64,000 bases of DNA from Candidatus Limnocylindrales bacterium (lineage in GTDB: Bacteria; Chloroflexota; Limnocylindria; Limnocylindrales; CSP1-4): contig JBMFSS010000017.1 in assembly GCA_049967415.1 (NCBI GenBank), positions 2,030 through 66,029 on the forward strand, written 5' to 3'. This document shows, in pieces, positions 34,768 to 43,893 of this stretch (its first letter is position 1; every line of letters begins with the position of its first letter). Both the position numbers and the translations under genes were made by a program. The notes under the pieces were generated by a model, which saw nothing but the letters and a program-made list of their open reading frames with translations, was not told the DNA's origin and did no database searches.

Positions 34768-36741
34768 ATGACCGACCAGCCTCACACCACGCTGCCCACC
34801 GCAGGCGCCTCCGTCCACGTCTCGTCCGACGCGCGGGCGGATTCGCTGCGCTTGCGCGATGACGTCCGCAACGTCGCCATCGTGGCCCACGTGGACCATG
34901 GCAAGACCACCCTGGTGGATGGCCTGCTCCGCCAGACGGGGGCGTTCCGCGCCAACCAGGAGGTGGTTGAGCGGGTCCTGGATTCGCTTGACCTCGAGCG
35001 CGAGAAGGGGATCACGATCATGGCCAAGCACACCGCCGTCGAGTACGGCGGCGTGCACCTCAACATCGTCGACACGCCCGGCCATGCCGACTTCGGCGGA
35101 GAGGTCGAGCGGAGCCTGCTCATGGTGGACGCGGTGCTCCTGCTGGTCGACGTCTCCGAGGGGCCCTTGCCCCAGACGCGCTATGTGCTGCAGAAGGCGA
35201 TGGCGCTCCGGCTCCCGGTGATCGTCTGCCTCAACAAGATCGATCGATCCGACGCGCGCCCCAAGGAAGTCCTGGACGCGGTCTACGAGCTCTTCATGGA
35301 CCTTGGTGCCGACGCGCAGCAGATCGAGTTCCCGGTGGTCTACACCAATGCCAAGGCGGCGACCGCGACGCTCGACCCGTCCGTCCCGGGCACGGACCTG
35401 CGCCCGCTGCTGGACCTCCTGGTCCGGGTCACGCCGGCTCCGACGTACGAGGCCGACGCGCCGCTCCAGCTGCTGGTCACCAACCTGACGGCCAACGAGT
35501 ACGTCGGCAGGATGGCGGTCGGGCGCATCCGTAACGGGACCATCCGGATGGGCCAGCGGATCGCGATCGTGCGGGAAGAGGCCGACACGACCGAGGGGGC
35601 GATCGAGCCCGGCCGCACGGTGACACTGACCGGCGCCGTCACCAGCCTGACCACCGCGGAGGGGATCCAGCGGATCGATGTGCGCGAGGCCGGACCGGGC
35701 GAGATCGTGGCCGTGGCCGGGATTCCCGAGGTCACGGTGGGCGACACGATCACCGATCCGGCCGATCCGCGTCCACTGCCCCGGCTGCAGGTGGACGCAC
35801 CCACCATCAGCATGACGTTCGGCGTCAACACCTCGCCGCTGGCCGGGCGCGATGGCCGTTTTCTGACCAGCCGGCACCTCCGCACGCGCCTGGAACGAGA
35901 GGTGCTGGGCAACGTTGCGATCGAGGTGCTCCCCACCGAGTCGGGCGAGTTGTTCGAGGTGCGTGGCAGGGGCGAGCTGCAGCTGGCCGTGCTGATCGAG
36001 ACGATGCGGCGCGAAGGCTATGAGCTCCAGGTCTCGCGCCCCGAAGTGATCCTGCACGAAGTCGACGGCGAGGTGCAGGAGCCCTACGAGCGGGTCACGG
36101 TGGATATCCCGCCCGACTTCATCGGCGAGGTGACCGAAGCGCTCTCCTCGCGCCGGGCCCGGCTGGAGCAGATGACCACGGACGCGGACGGACGGGTGCG
36201 CATGGAGTATGTCATCCCGGTCCGCGGGCTGATCGGCTTTCGGGGGCAGTTGCTCACCCTGACTCGGGGGACCGCGCTGATGCACCAGATCGGGGAGGGG
36301 TACGGCCCCTGGGCGGGGGAGGTGGCGCACCGGACCAGCGGCGTCCTGGTCGCCGACCGTGCGGGAGTCACCAGCACGTTTGCGCTGCATAACCTCCAGG
36401 AGCGCAGCGAGCTGTTCGTGGGGCCCGGCGTCGACGTCTACGAGGGGATGATCGTGGGGGAGAACGCCCGCTCGGGGGACATGGACGTCAACGCGACCAA
36501 GGAGAAGCATCTGACCAACATCCGCTCGTCCACCCAGGAGCAGACGCTCCGGCTCACGCCCCCGCGGGAGCTGACATTGGAATCGGCGATCGAGTTCATC
36601 GCGGCTGACGAGCTGGTGGAGGTCACGCCGCGCAGCATCCGGCTCCGCAAGCGGACTCTCTCCACGCACGACCGCCGCCGCGCGGCGGGCCGCGAGCACG
36701 AGCGGCGCCTGCTCGCCGAGCGGGAGGACGCGGACCGGTAG
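34768..36741 (+). CDS. typA: Translational GTPase TypA/BipA
   Basis: Motifs [28 protein letters not shown] and LNKIDR, with EF-G-like domains. ATG 34768 (ATG 34756 is also possible). Confidence 0.93.
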   Translation: MTDQPHTTLPTAGASVHVSSDARADSLRLRDDVRNVAIVAHVDHGKTTLVDGLLRQTGAFRANQEVVERVLDSLDLEREKGITIMAKHTAVEYGGVHLNIVDTPGHADFGGEVERSLLMVDAVLLLVDVSEGPLPQTRYVLQKAMALRLPVIVCLNKIDRSDARPKEVLDAVYELFMDLGADAQQIEFPVVYTNAKAATATLDPSVPGTDLRPLLDLLVRVTPAPTYEADAPLQLLVTNLTANEYVGRMAVGRIRNGTIRMGQRIAIVREEADTTEGAIEPGRTVTLTGAVTSLTTAEGIQRIDVREAGPGEIVAVAGIPEVTVGDTITDPADPRPLPRLQVDAPTISMTFGVNTSPLAGRDGRFLTSRHLRTRLEREVLGNVAIEVLPTESGELFEVRGRGELQLAVLIETMRREGYELQVSRPEVILHEVDGEVQEPYERVTVDIPPDFIGEVTEALSSRRARLEQMTTDADGRVRMEYVIPVRGLIGFRGQLLTLTRGTALMHQIGEGYGPWAGEVAHRTSGVLVADRAGVTSTFALHNLQERSELFVGPGVDVYEGMIVGENARSGDMDVNATKEKHLTNIRSSTQEQTLRLTPPRELTLESAIEFIAADELVEVTPRSIRLRKRTLSTHDRRRAAGREHERRLLAEREDADR

Positions 36742-37014
36742 CGCCGGGCATAGGCCTCGGATGTCGTTCCGGGCGGGCCCGTTTCCGTGCGCCGCACCCA
36801 CACGACCGACCGAGGCCCCGTGCGCCGGCCCCCGGCCGTGCACCACCGGCACGTAAGCGTCTGCCGACAGCACGATCAGCGGGGGAGCGCCCGAGGGGAC
36901 GTCGAAGGGGTGCACGGGGCGCACACCGGCAACCCGCCGCGGCCCCGATCCACGCTGCAGACGGCCCGCATGCCCCGGTGGACCCCGCCGAGGGTCCGGA
37001 ACGTGCATCAAGGG

Positions 37015-37056
37015 CACAGGCACAGGCACAGGCGCGGGCCCGGGCACAGGCGCGGG
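37015..37056. repeat. Short tandem repeat (CACAGG)x3 plus a duplicated CACAGGCGCGGG in the typA-nifS spacer
   Basis: cacaggcacaggcacaggcgcgggcccgggcacaggcgcggg, read directly from the sequence. Confidence 0.6.
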
Positions 37057-37136
37057 TGCCGGGCCGATCCGGGGCGGCGGAATGGCAAGGGAGCTGCGTG
37101 CCGGACGCGGCCGGCGGGGCCTCGCGGGCCCGAGGC

Positions 37137-37142
37137 TACAAT
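37137..37142 (+). promoter_or_regulatory. -10 box (TACAAT) 7 nt before the nifS ATG; leaderless-type promoter
   Basis: TACAATcctgcgcATG. Confidence 0.5.
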
Positions 37143-37149
37143 CCTGCGC

Positions 37150-38337
37150 ATGCCCATCTACCTGGACCACGCCGCGACCACGCCGGTTCGGCGGGAGGTC
37201 CTCGACGCGATGCTGCCGGTGCTGGCCGAGACCTTCGGCAACCCCTCGTCGGCGCACGTCTTCGGACGGCAGGCGCGGGCGGCACTCGACGAGGCGCGCG
37301 AGTCCGTGGCGCAGGACCTGCGAGCGGATCCGCGCGAGCTGGTTTTCACCAGCGGTGGCAGCGAGGCCATCAACCTGGCTATCAAGGGGGCCGCCTGGGC
37401 CGGCAAGGCGCGCGGCCATCAGCTTGTGACCTCCGCCGTGGAGCATGAGGCGGTGCTCAACGCCATGCGGCACCTGGAGAAGTTCGGCTTCGAGGTGACG
37501 GTGCTGCCGGTGGATCGCTACGGGCGGGTGGATCCCGACCAGCTGGCGGCCACGGTGGGGGAGCGCACGGTTCTCGTCAGCCTGCAGGTGGCCAACAACG
37601 AGGTGGGCACGGTGCAGCCGGTGGCAGAGCTCGTCCGACGGGTGCGCCTCCAGCGCCAGGTCCTGGTCCACCTCGACGCGGTGCAGGCTGCCCCCTGGCT
37701 GGACCTCGACGTCCGCGCCCTGGACGTGGATCTCCTCTCGATAGCGGCCCACAAGATCGAGGGGCCCAAGGGCGTCGGCGTGCTCTACGTGCGCCGCGGC
37801 ACGGCGCTCCTGCCGCAGCAGCAGGGCGGCGCCCAGGAGCGCCATCGGCGGGCAGGGACCGAGAATGTGGCCGGCGCTGTGGGCCTCGCTGCCGCGCTGC
37901 GTCTGGCGGGCCGCGAGCGGGCCGCGACCACCGGTGCCGTGCAGACCCTGCGCGACGCACTCGAACGGGCTGTCCTCGCCGTCCCCGGCGTTGAGTTGAC
38001 GGGGCATCCCCGGGATCGCCTGCCCAATCACCTCTCGGTGGTGGTGGGCGGCGCGGACGGCCAGTCGCTGGTGGCGGGGCTGGACCTCGACGGGATCGCC
38101 TGCTCCAGCGGGTCGGCCTGCGCGGCCGGGTCCACCGAACCGTCCCACGTGCTGACCGCGATGGGATACCCGGCTGAAGAGGCCCGGGGCGCGCTCCGTC
38201 TGACCCTGGGGCGGACCACGACCGCACGCGAGATCGCGACTGCCTGTCGGGTGGTGCCGGCCACGATCGGCCGGATCCGTGCCGCTGCGGCCGCCCTTGC
38301 ACGCGACCCGTTCGGGGCGGGCACGGAGCCGGTGTGA
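37150..38337 (+). CDS. Cysteine desulfurase (NifS/IscS class)
   Basis: IYLDHAATTP, AHKIEGPKGVG (PLP lysine) and SSGSACAAG (catalytic Cys). The track start at 36787 is an Arg-rich over-extension. Confidence 0.9.
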   Translation: MPIYLDHAATTPVRREVLDAMLPVLAETFGNPSSAHVFGRQARAALDEARESVAQDLRADPRELVFTSGGSEAINLAIKGAAWAGKARGHQLVTSAVEHEAVLNAMRHLEKFGFEVTVLPVDRYGRVDPDQLAATVGERTVLVSLQVANNEVGTVQPVAELVRRVRLQRQVLVHLDAVQAAPWLDLDVRALDVDLLSIAAHKIEGPKGVGVLYVRRGTALLPQQQGGAQERHRRAGTENVAGAVGLAAALRLAGRERAATTGAVQTLRDALERAVLAVPGVELTGHPRDRLPNHLSVVVGGADGQSLVAGLDLDGIACSSGSACAAGSTEPSHVLTAMGYPAEEARGALRLTLGRTTTAREIATACRVVPATIGRIRAAAAALARDPFGAGTEPV

Positions 38338-38374
38338 GCCTGCGGGTGGGAGCGTGGCGCCGGAGGGCGCGGCG

Positions 38375-39472
38375 GTGAGCGGCCGGATCGTGGTAGCGAT
38401 GTCGGGCGGGGTCGACTCGTCCGTGGCCGCAGCGTTGCTGCGCGAACAGGGACACGAGGTGGTGGGCGTCTGGATGCGGCTGCACGGGGGCGCCGATCAG
38501 CGCAGCGAGTTCCGTCGGGGCTGCTGCTCGCTCGACGCGGCGGACGACGCCCGGCGCGTCGCGTCGCAGCTGGGAATCCCGTTCTTCGTGCTGGACCTCG
38601 AGCGCGAGTTCACCGCCCGCGTGATCGACCCGTTCGTGACGGCCTATCTCTCGGGCGCAACCCCGAGCCCCTGCGTGGACTGCAACACGTACGTGAAGTT
38701 CGGGGCACTGCTCGCCCGCGCCCGCCTCCTGTACGGCGCCGACGCGGTCGCCACCGGGCATTACGCTCGGGTGGATCGGGTGACCGACTCGGGCGGTGCG
38801 TCGCGCTGGCGCTTGCTGGCGGCGGCCGACCCATCCAAGGACCAGAGCTACTTCCTCTACGGGCTCCGGCAGGACCAGCTGGCCCGGACCCGGTTTCCCC
38901 TGGGCGCACTCTCGAAGCCGCAGGTGCGTGAGATCGCCCGCGGGCTGGGGCTGGCCACCGCTGCGACGCCCGAGAGTCAGGAGATCTGCTTCGTCCCTGG
39001 CGGCGACTACCGGGAGACGCTGCGGGAGCGGGGGGGCTGGCGAGAGACGCCGGGGGCGCTCGTGGACCGGTCCGGCGCCGTCGTGGGCCAGCATCGCGGG
39101 GCCGCCGCCTACACGGTTGGACAGCGCACGGGCCTGGGGATCGCGCTGGGCGAGCGGCGCTACGTGTCGGCCATTGACGCGGACCGGAATCTGATCCAGC
39201 TGGGCCGCCGCGAGGACTTGCTGCACGACCATTTCGACCTGGAGGCCGTGCACTTCGTCTCCGGTGGCGCGCCCACGGAACCCTTCTCCGGCCAGCTGCG
39301 GGTGCGGCATCGCGCCCCCACCGTGGCGGCCCGCATCCTCCCGGTGGAGACCGGGGCCGGACGCTGGAGGGTGGAAACGGCGCGTCCCGTCTGGGCGCCG
39401 GCGCCCGGCCAGGCGGCCGTCTTCTATGCCGGGGACGAGGTCCTCGGCGGCGGGCGTATCGCTCGCGCCTGA
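38375..39472 (+). CDS. mnmA: tRNA-specific 2-thiouridylase
   Basis: VVAMSGGVDSSVAA PP-loop, CCSLD and CNTYVKF. GGAGGG lies 7 nt before GTG 38375. Confidence 0.9.
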   Translation: MSGRIVVAMSGGVDSSVAAALLREQGHEVVGVWMRLHGGADQRSEFRRGCCSLDAADDARRVASQLGIPFFVLDLEREFTARVIDPFVTAYLSGATPSPCVDCNTYVKFGALLARARLLYGADAVATGHYARVDRVTDSGGASRWRLLAAADPSKDQSYFLYGLRQDQLARTRFPLGALSKPQVREIARGLGLATAATPESQEICFVPGGDYRETLRERGGWRETPGALVDRSGAVVGQHRGAAAYTVGQRTGLGIALGERRYVSAIDADRNLIQLGRREDLLHDHFDLEAVHFVSGGAPTEPFSGQLRVRHRAPTVAARILPVETGAGRWRVETARPVWAPAPGQAAVFYAGDEVLGGGRIARA

Positions 39473-39509
39473 GTGCGGGACGCGAGGCGCCGGAGACTAT
39501 CCTGTCCCG

Positions 39510-39785
39510 ATGCCGCTGCTCGAGCCGTCCGTGGTCCTTTCGATCCTGGTGGGCGTGTTCAACGTGGCGCTCTTCGTCTTCCTGGGCGGGGAGGCCCGGG
39601 GCCGGCTCCCCTTCCTGGCCCTGGCGTCGGTCCTGGGCGCCTACGCGGGGCAGGCGATCGGGGCGCACGTGGGCGACCCGCTGCGCATCGGCGACTTCGG
39701 GCTGCTCAGCGCATCCGCGGTCGCCTGGGCCGGGATGGCGGTGGTCGCTATCGTGAGCACGCTGGGCCCCAGTGGCGGCACGTGA
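39510..39785 (+). CDS. Small hydrophobic membrane protein (hypothetical, about 91 aa)
   Basis: MPLLEPSVVLSILVGVFNVALFVFLGG...LALASVLGAYAGQAIG...AVAWAGMAVVAIV gives three predicted TM helices. The start within track ORF 39264 was chosen at the first hydrophobic ATG. Confidence 0.45.
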   Translation: MPLLEPSVVLSILVGVFNVALFVFLGGEARGRLPFLALASVLGAYAGQAIGAHVGDPLRIGDFGLLSASAVAWAGMAVVAIVSTLGPSGGT

Positions 39786-39857
39786 AGGAGGCGGCCCGGG
39801 TCCGGCCGGGCCACCAGCCCCGCCACGCGCGCCTGACGATACGGTACCGTTAGTGCC

Positions 39858-42611
39858 ATGCCGGACTCTGACCAGCGGATCGTCGCCCTGACCTCGGACG
39901 AGATCCGTCGACGTTTTCTTGCCTTCTTCGCCGCTCGTGGACACGAGGTCGTCCCGGGTGCCAGCCTGGTTCCCGCGGGCGACCAGACCCTGCTCTTCAC
40001 CAACGCCGGCATGGTCCAGTTCAAGGACGTGCTGACCGGCCGCGAGACCCGTTCGTATCGCCGCGCCACCGACGTGCAGCGCTGTCTGCGCGTGGCCGGG
40101 AAGCACAACGACTTCGAGGAGGTTGGCCGGACTCCCCGGCACCACACGTTCTTCGAAATGCTCGGCAACTGGAGCTTCGGGGACTATTTCAAGCGGGAGG
40201 CCATTCACTGGGCCTGGGAGCTGTTGACCGGCGAGTACGGGATCCCGGGCGAGCGGCTGGCCGCCACGGTCTACTCGGATGACGAGGAGGCCTACGCTGT
40301 CTGGCGAGACGAGATCGGCCTGCCCCCCGAGCGGATTGCGCGCTGGGGGAACGTGGACGCCGGCGACGAGAAGAACTTCTGGCGGATGGCCGATACCGGC
40401 CCGTGCGGACGGTGCAGCGAGATCCACTTCGACCGGGGCGTTCAGTTCAGCGAGGGACCCGAGTGCGTGCCGGACCATTCCGAGACCTGCCCGCGCTGGC
40501 TGGAGATCTGGAACCTGGTCTTCATGGAGTTCGACCAGCGGCCCGACGGTCAGCGCGTGCCGTTGCCGTTCCGCAGCATTGACACCGGTATGGGGCTCGA
40601 ACGGCTGGCTAGCGTCATCCAGCAGGTCCCTTCCAACTACGACACCGACCTGTTCACCCCTGTTCACGCCCGGATGCGGGAGCTGCTTGGGCACGACCCG
40701 GATGTCTTCGAGGCGGAACGCTTCAGCTATCAGGTGATCGCGGATCACTCGCGGGCCGCCACGTTTCTGGTCGCGGACGGCGTGCGGCCCTCTAACGAGG
40801 GGCGCGGCTACGTGCTGCGCCGGATCATCCGGCGAGCCGTGCGCCACGGCCGGCTGCTGGGGCGGCGCGACCCGTTCCTGGCCGAGGCGGCGGACGTGGT
40901 GATCGAGGTGATGCGCGACGCCTACCCGTACTTGCTGGAGCAGCGGGGGCAGATCCTGGAGACCGTGGGTCGCGAGGAGTCGCAGTTCGCCCGCACGCTC
41001 GACGCAGGGACCGGCCACCTGGAAACGGCCCTTGCCGAGCTCGGCGTGCAGCCGCCCGGTGACCGCGTGGTCGGGCGGCGGCCCGAGGCGCTGCCTTCCG
41101 GCGCGCCGGTCCTGGACGGTGCGGTCGCTTTTCGCCTCCACGATACGTACGGCTTCCCGATCGACCTGACGGTCGAGCTGGCGGCAGAGTACGGCGTGGC
41201 CGTGGACCGTCCCGGGTTCGAGGAGGCCCTGGCTGAACAGCGGGCACGTTCCCGGGCCGGGGCGCGGGGCCAGCTGCGCCGCCTGGCCCGCGAGACCAGC
41301 CTCTACGAGGCGATCTTGCGGCGCGCCGGTGAGCCGTTGTTCCTGGGCTACGACACGCTGGAGGCCGAAGGCCGCGTGGTGGCCATCCTTCGGGACGGGA
41401 CCGAGTACGGGGAACTGGCGGGCGAGGGCGCGGCCGAAGTGGTGCTCGATGCCACGCCCTTCTACCCCGAGAGTGGAGGCCAGGTGGCCGACCAGGGCGT
41501 GCTCTACCTGGGCGACCGGGCAGTCCTCCGGGTGGAGGACACCCAGAAGCCCGTGGGCCAGCTGATCGTCCACCGGGGGCGCCTGCAGGGCAGCCTGCGC
41601 ATCGGGGAGACGGTGCGTGCCGTGGTCGACGCAGGCCGCCGGAATGGGGTCATGCGCAACCATACGGCCACCCACCTGCTGCACCGCGCGCTGCGCAACG
41701 TGGTCGGCCCATCGGCACACCAGGCTGGCTCGCTCGTCTCGCCCGACTACCTGCGTTTCGATTTCCCGCTCGATCGGCCGCTCACGGCGGCGGAGCGCTC
41801 GGCGATCGAGGACGAGGTGCGTTCGGTCATCCTCGATGACCGGCCGGTGACCGTTTCGAACCTGCCCATGGCCGAGGCGGTCGCCGCCGGTGCCGACGCC
41901 TTCTTCGACGAGAAGTACGGCGAGATCGTGCGGACCGTCACGGTCGAGGGCTACAGCCGGGAGCTCTGCGGGGGGACCCATTGCCGGGCCACCGGGCAGA
42001 TCGGGGGGTTCTTCATCACCGGGGAGCGCTCGATCGGTGCGGGAGTCCGGCGGATCGAGGCCATCACGGGCGAGGCAGCCAAGGCGCTGGTCAAGGAACG
42101 GTTCGCCCTCCTCGAGCGGATCTCCGACACGCTGGGCGTGCGCGAGCCCGCCCAGGTCCCGGCCCGTCTCGCCGAGATGCAGGCCAGAGTGGAGGACCTG
42201 GAGCGCCGGTTGCGTGCCGGCGCCGCGGGGAGCCTGGTGCGTCCCGCGCAGGCGGCCCGCGACGCGCTGCGGGTGAACGGGGCCAGCCTCGTCCGCTACG
42301 CGGGTCCCTTCGAGGGGCAGGACGCCATGAAGCGCTGGGCCCGCGACGTGCGCGGGATTCTGGGGCCGGGGGTCATTGCGGTGGGCCTGGAGTCCGACGA
42401 GCCGGTCCTCTTCGTGACCGTCAGCGACGACCTGGTGGCCCGTGGCGTCTCGGCCGCCGCGCTGGTCCAGGCCGGCGTGGAGGTCATCGGCGGGCGCGGC
42501 GGCGGGCGACCCGAGATGGCGCAGGGGCGCGGCTCCCGGCGCGCGGGACTGCCGGAGGCGCTCGACCGGGTGCAGACCGCGTTCGCCGCGGCGCTGGACG
42601 CGAGTGCCTGA
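39858..42611 (+). CDS. alaS: Alanine--tRNA ligase
   Basis: FTNAGMVQFK, RHHTFFEMLGNWSFGDYFK, the editing domain HTATHLLHRAL..CGGTHC, and a C-terminal DHHA1-like domain. Confidence 0.96.
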   Translation: MPDSDQRIVALTSDEIRRRFLAFFAARGHEVVPGASLVPAGDQTLLFTNAGMVQFKDVLTGRETRSYRRATDVQRCLRVAGKHNDFEEVGRTPRHHTFFEMLGNWSFGDYFKREAIHWAWELLTGEYGIPGERLAATVYSDDEEAYAVWRDEIGLPPERIARWGNVDAGDEKNFWRMADTGPCGRCSEIHFDRGVQFSEGPECVPDHSETCPRWLEIWNLVFMEFDQRPDGQRVPLPFRSIDTGMGLERLASVIQQVPSNYDTDLFTPVHARMRELLGHDPDVFEAERFSYQVIADHSRAATFLVADGVRPSNEGRGYVLRRIIRRAVRHGRLLGRRDPFLAEAADVVIEVMRDAYPYLLEQRGQILETVGREESQFARTLDAGTGHLETALAELGVQPPGDRVVGRRPEALPSGAPVLDGAVAFRLHDTYGFPIDLTVELAAEYGVAVDRPGFEEALAEQRARSRAGARGQLRRLARETSLYEAILRRAGEPLFLGYDTLEAEGRVVAILRDGTEYGELAGEGAAEVVLDATPFYPESGGQVADQGVLYLGDRAVLRVEDTQKPVGQLIVHRGRLQGSLRIGETVRAVVDAGRRNGVMRNHTATHLLHRALRNVVGPSAHQAGSLVSPDYLRFDFPLDRPLTAAERSAIEDEVRSVILDDRPVTVSNLPMAEAVAAGADAFFDEKYGEIVRTVTVEGYSRELCGGTHCRATGQIGGFFITGERSIGAGVRRIEAITGEAAKALVKERFALLERISDTLGVREPAQVPARLAEMQARVEDLERRLRAGAAGSLVRPAQAARDALRVNGASLVRYAGPFEGQDAMKRWARDVRGILGPGVIAVGLESDEPVLFVTVSDDLVARGVSAAALVQAGVEVIGGRGGGRPEMAQGRGSRRAGLPEALDRVQTAFAAALDASA

Positions 42612-42615
42612 CGGC

Positions 42616-43878
42616 ATGGCCTTCTGGCGCCGGCTCCTCGGGCGTGAGAGCGGGGCGGCTCCTGCCGCCTGTACCGCGCTGGACGTCGGCACCGAGTTCG
42701 CCAAGGCGCTCGTCTTCGAGATCGACGACCATGGGACTGCCGTGGTGCGGGGGGTCGGGCGCCAGCGACAGGGGCTGGCCCACATGCAGTCGGGCACCGT
42801 GGCGGACATCAGCGCGGTGGTCGACAACTGCTCGGTGGCGCTGCAGGAAGCCGAGGAGATGGCCGGGTTCAGGCCGAGCCAGGCCGTGGTGGGGATTGCG
42901 GGCGAGCTGGTCAAGGGTTTCACCATGACCCTCTCGCAGGAGCGCCGGCGTCCCGACCAGCCGATCTCGGAGTCGGAGCTGCAGCGGCTGATCGACGGCG
43001 TGCAGCACGAGGCGCTGCGCGAGGCCGAGCGCGCGGTGACCTGGGAGACCGGGCTCCCCAACGTGGATGTGCGCCTGGTGCACGCGGCCGTGACGGGCGC
43101 CGCCATCGATGGCTACCCGGTCACCAACCCGGTTGGTTTCCAGGGGCGCCACGTGCGGATTTCGATCTTCAACGCCTTTGCACCGCTGGTTCACCTTGGC
43201 GCGTTGCAGAGTGTTGCCGCGCAGCTCGACCTGGAGCTGCTCGCGGTGGTGGCCGAGCCGTACGCGGTGGCGCGGTGCCTGGGCGGGGAGCAGGTGCAGC
43301 AGGCAGGGGGCCTGTTCGTGGACGTGGGCGGCGGGACCACCGACGTGGCGCTGGTGCGCTCCGGCGGGATCGAGGGGACCCGCATGTTTGCCCTGGGGGG
43401 TCGCGCCTTCACGAAGAGCCTGGCCGACCAGCTGGAGCTGCCGTTCCAGCGTGCGGAGGCGGTGAAGATCGACTATGCGCGCGGCGTGGAGGTGCCCGAC
43501 CGGGCGCGTGTGGCGGCCGTGGTGGCCGAGGACGTGTCGGTCTGGTCGGCGGGCGTCGAGCTGGTGCTCGAGGAGCTCGCGGGCGGCGATCTGCTCCCGG
43601 GGCACATCTACCTGTGCGGCGGCGGGGCCGGCCTCCCCGAGGTGCAGTCCGCCCTGCGCGACCCGGCTTTTGCCAGCCGATTGCCGTTTCCGCGTCCGCC
43701 GGAGGTCTCGGTGGCGGTCCCGGGGGAGGTGCGCGGGGTGCACGACGAGACCGGGCTCCTGGTGGACCAGCAGGACGTCACCCCCATGGGCCTGGCCTAC
43801 CAGGCGGTCGAGATGGCCGCCGAGGAGAGCGCGCTCGACGCTGCGTTGCGCCGGGTACTGCGGGCAATGAAGGTCTGA
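42616..43878 (+). CDS. Actin-like ATPase of the FtsA type (FtsA-like paralogue, or FtsA itself)
   Basis: ALDVGTEFAKALVFE (phosphate 1), FVDVGGGTTDVALV (phosphate 2), FALGGRAFTKSLA, and IYLCGGGAGLPEV (adenosine). Amphipathic C-terminal LRRVLRAMKV. ATG 42616 is 5 nt after the alaS stop. Confidence 0.7.
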   Translation: MAFWRRLLGRESGAAPAACTALDVGTEFAKALVFEIDDHGTAVVRGVGRQRQGLAHMQSGTVADISAVVDNCSVALQEAEEMAGFRPSQAVVGIAGELVKGFTMTLSQERRRPDQPISESELQRLIDGVQHEALREAERAVTWETGLPNVDVRLVHAAVTGAAIDGYPVTNPVGFQGRHVRISIFNAFAPLVHLGALQSVAAQLDLELLAVVAEPYAVARCLGGEQVQQAGGLFVDVGGGTTDVALVRSGGIEGTRMFALGGRAFTKSLADQLELPFQRAEAVKIDYARGVEVPDRARVAAVVAEDVSVWSAGVELVLEELAGGDLLPGHIYLCGGGAGLPEVQSALRDPAFASRLPFPRPPEVSVAVPGEVRGVHDETGLLVDQQDVTPMGLAYQAVEMAAEESALDAALRRVLRAMKV

Positions 43879-43893
43879 GGCAGACTGGCCAGG

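Noticed and set aside
36787-37149. Upstream extensions of track ORFs: nifS from 36787, tlyA from 52397, xerC from 19979, M50 from 57949, cmk from 61369, xerD from 56120, fem3 from 26321, murE from 23650, pepP from 47125, and the FtsA-like gene from 42442
   Set aside because: The extensions overlap the preceding well-supported gene or translate to Arg-rich nonsense. Conserved N-termini and ATGA/GTGA junctions or -10 boxes point to the downstream starts used in the feature list.
34723-38148. Remainder of the 1359-aa minus-strand ORF, antisense to typA and nifS
   Set aside because: It is an antisense shadow of well-supported + strand genes in a roughly 70% GC genome where stop codons are rare. 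The translation is Arg/Pro/Gly/His-rich with no recognisable domains. Only its last 218 codons (34069-34722) look like a real gene.
38610-43106. 1498-aa minus-strand ORF, the longest in the window
   Set aside because: It lies exactly antisense to mnmA, alaS and the FtsA-like gene. Its composition is low-complexity (R/P/G/A), with no motifs. The same applies to 23764-26040, 42484-44964, 15517-17664, 27872-29998, 31969-33858, 53676-56291 and 45422-47542 on the minus strand.
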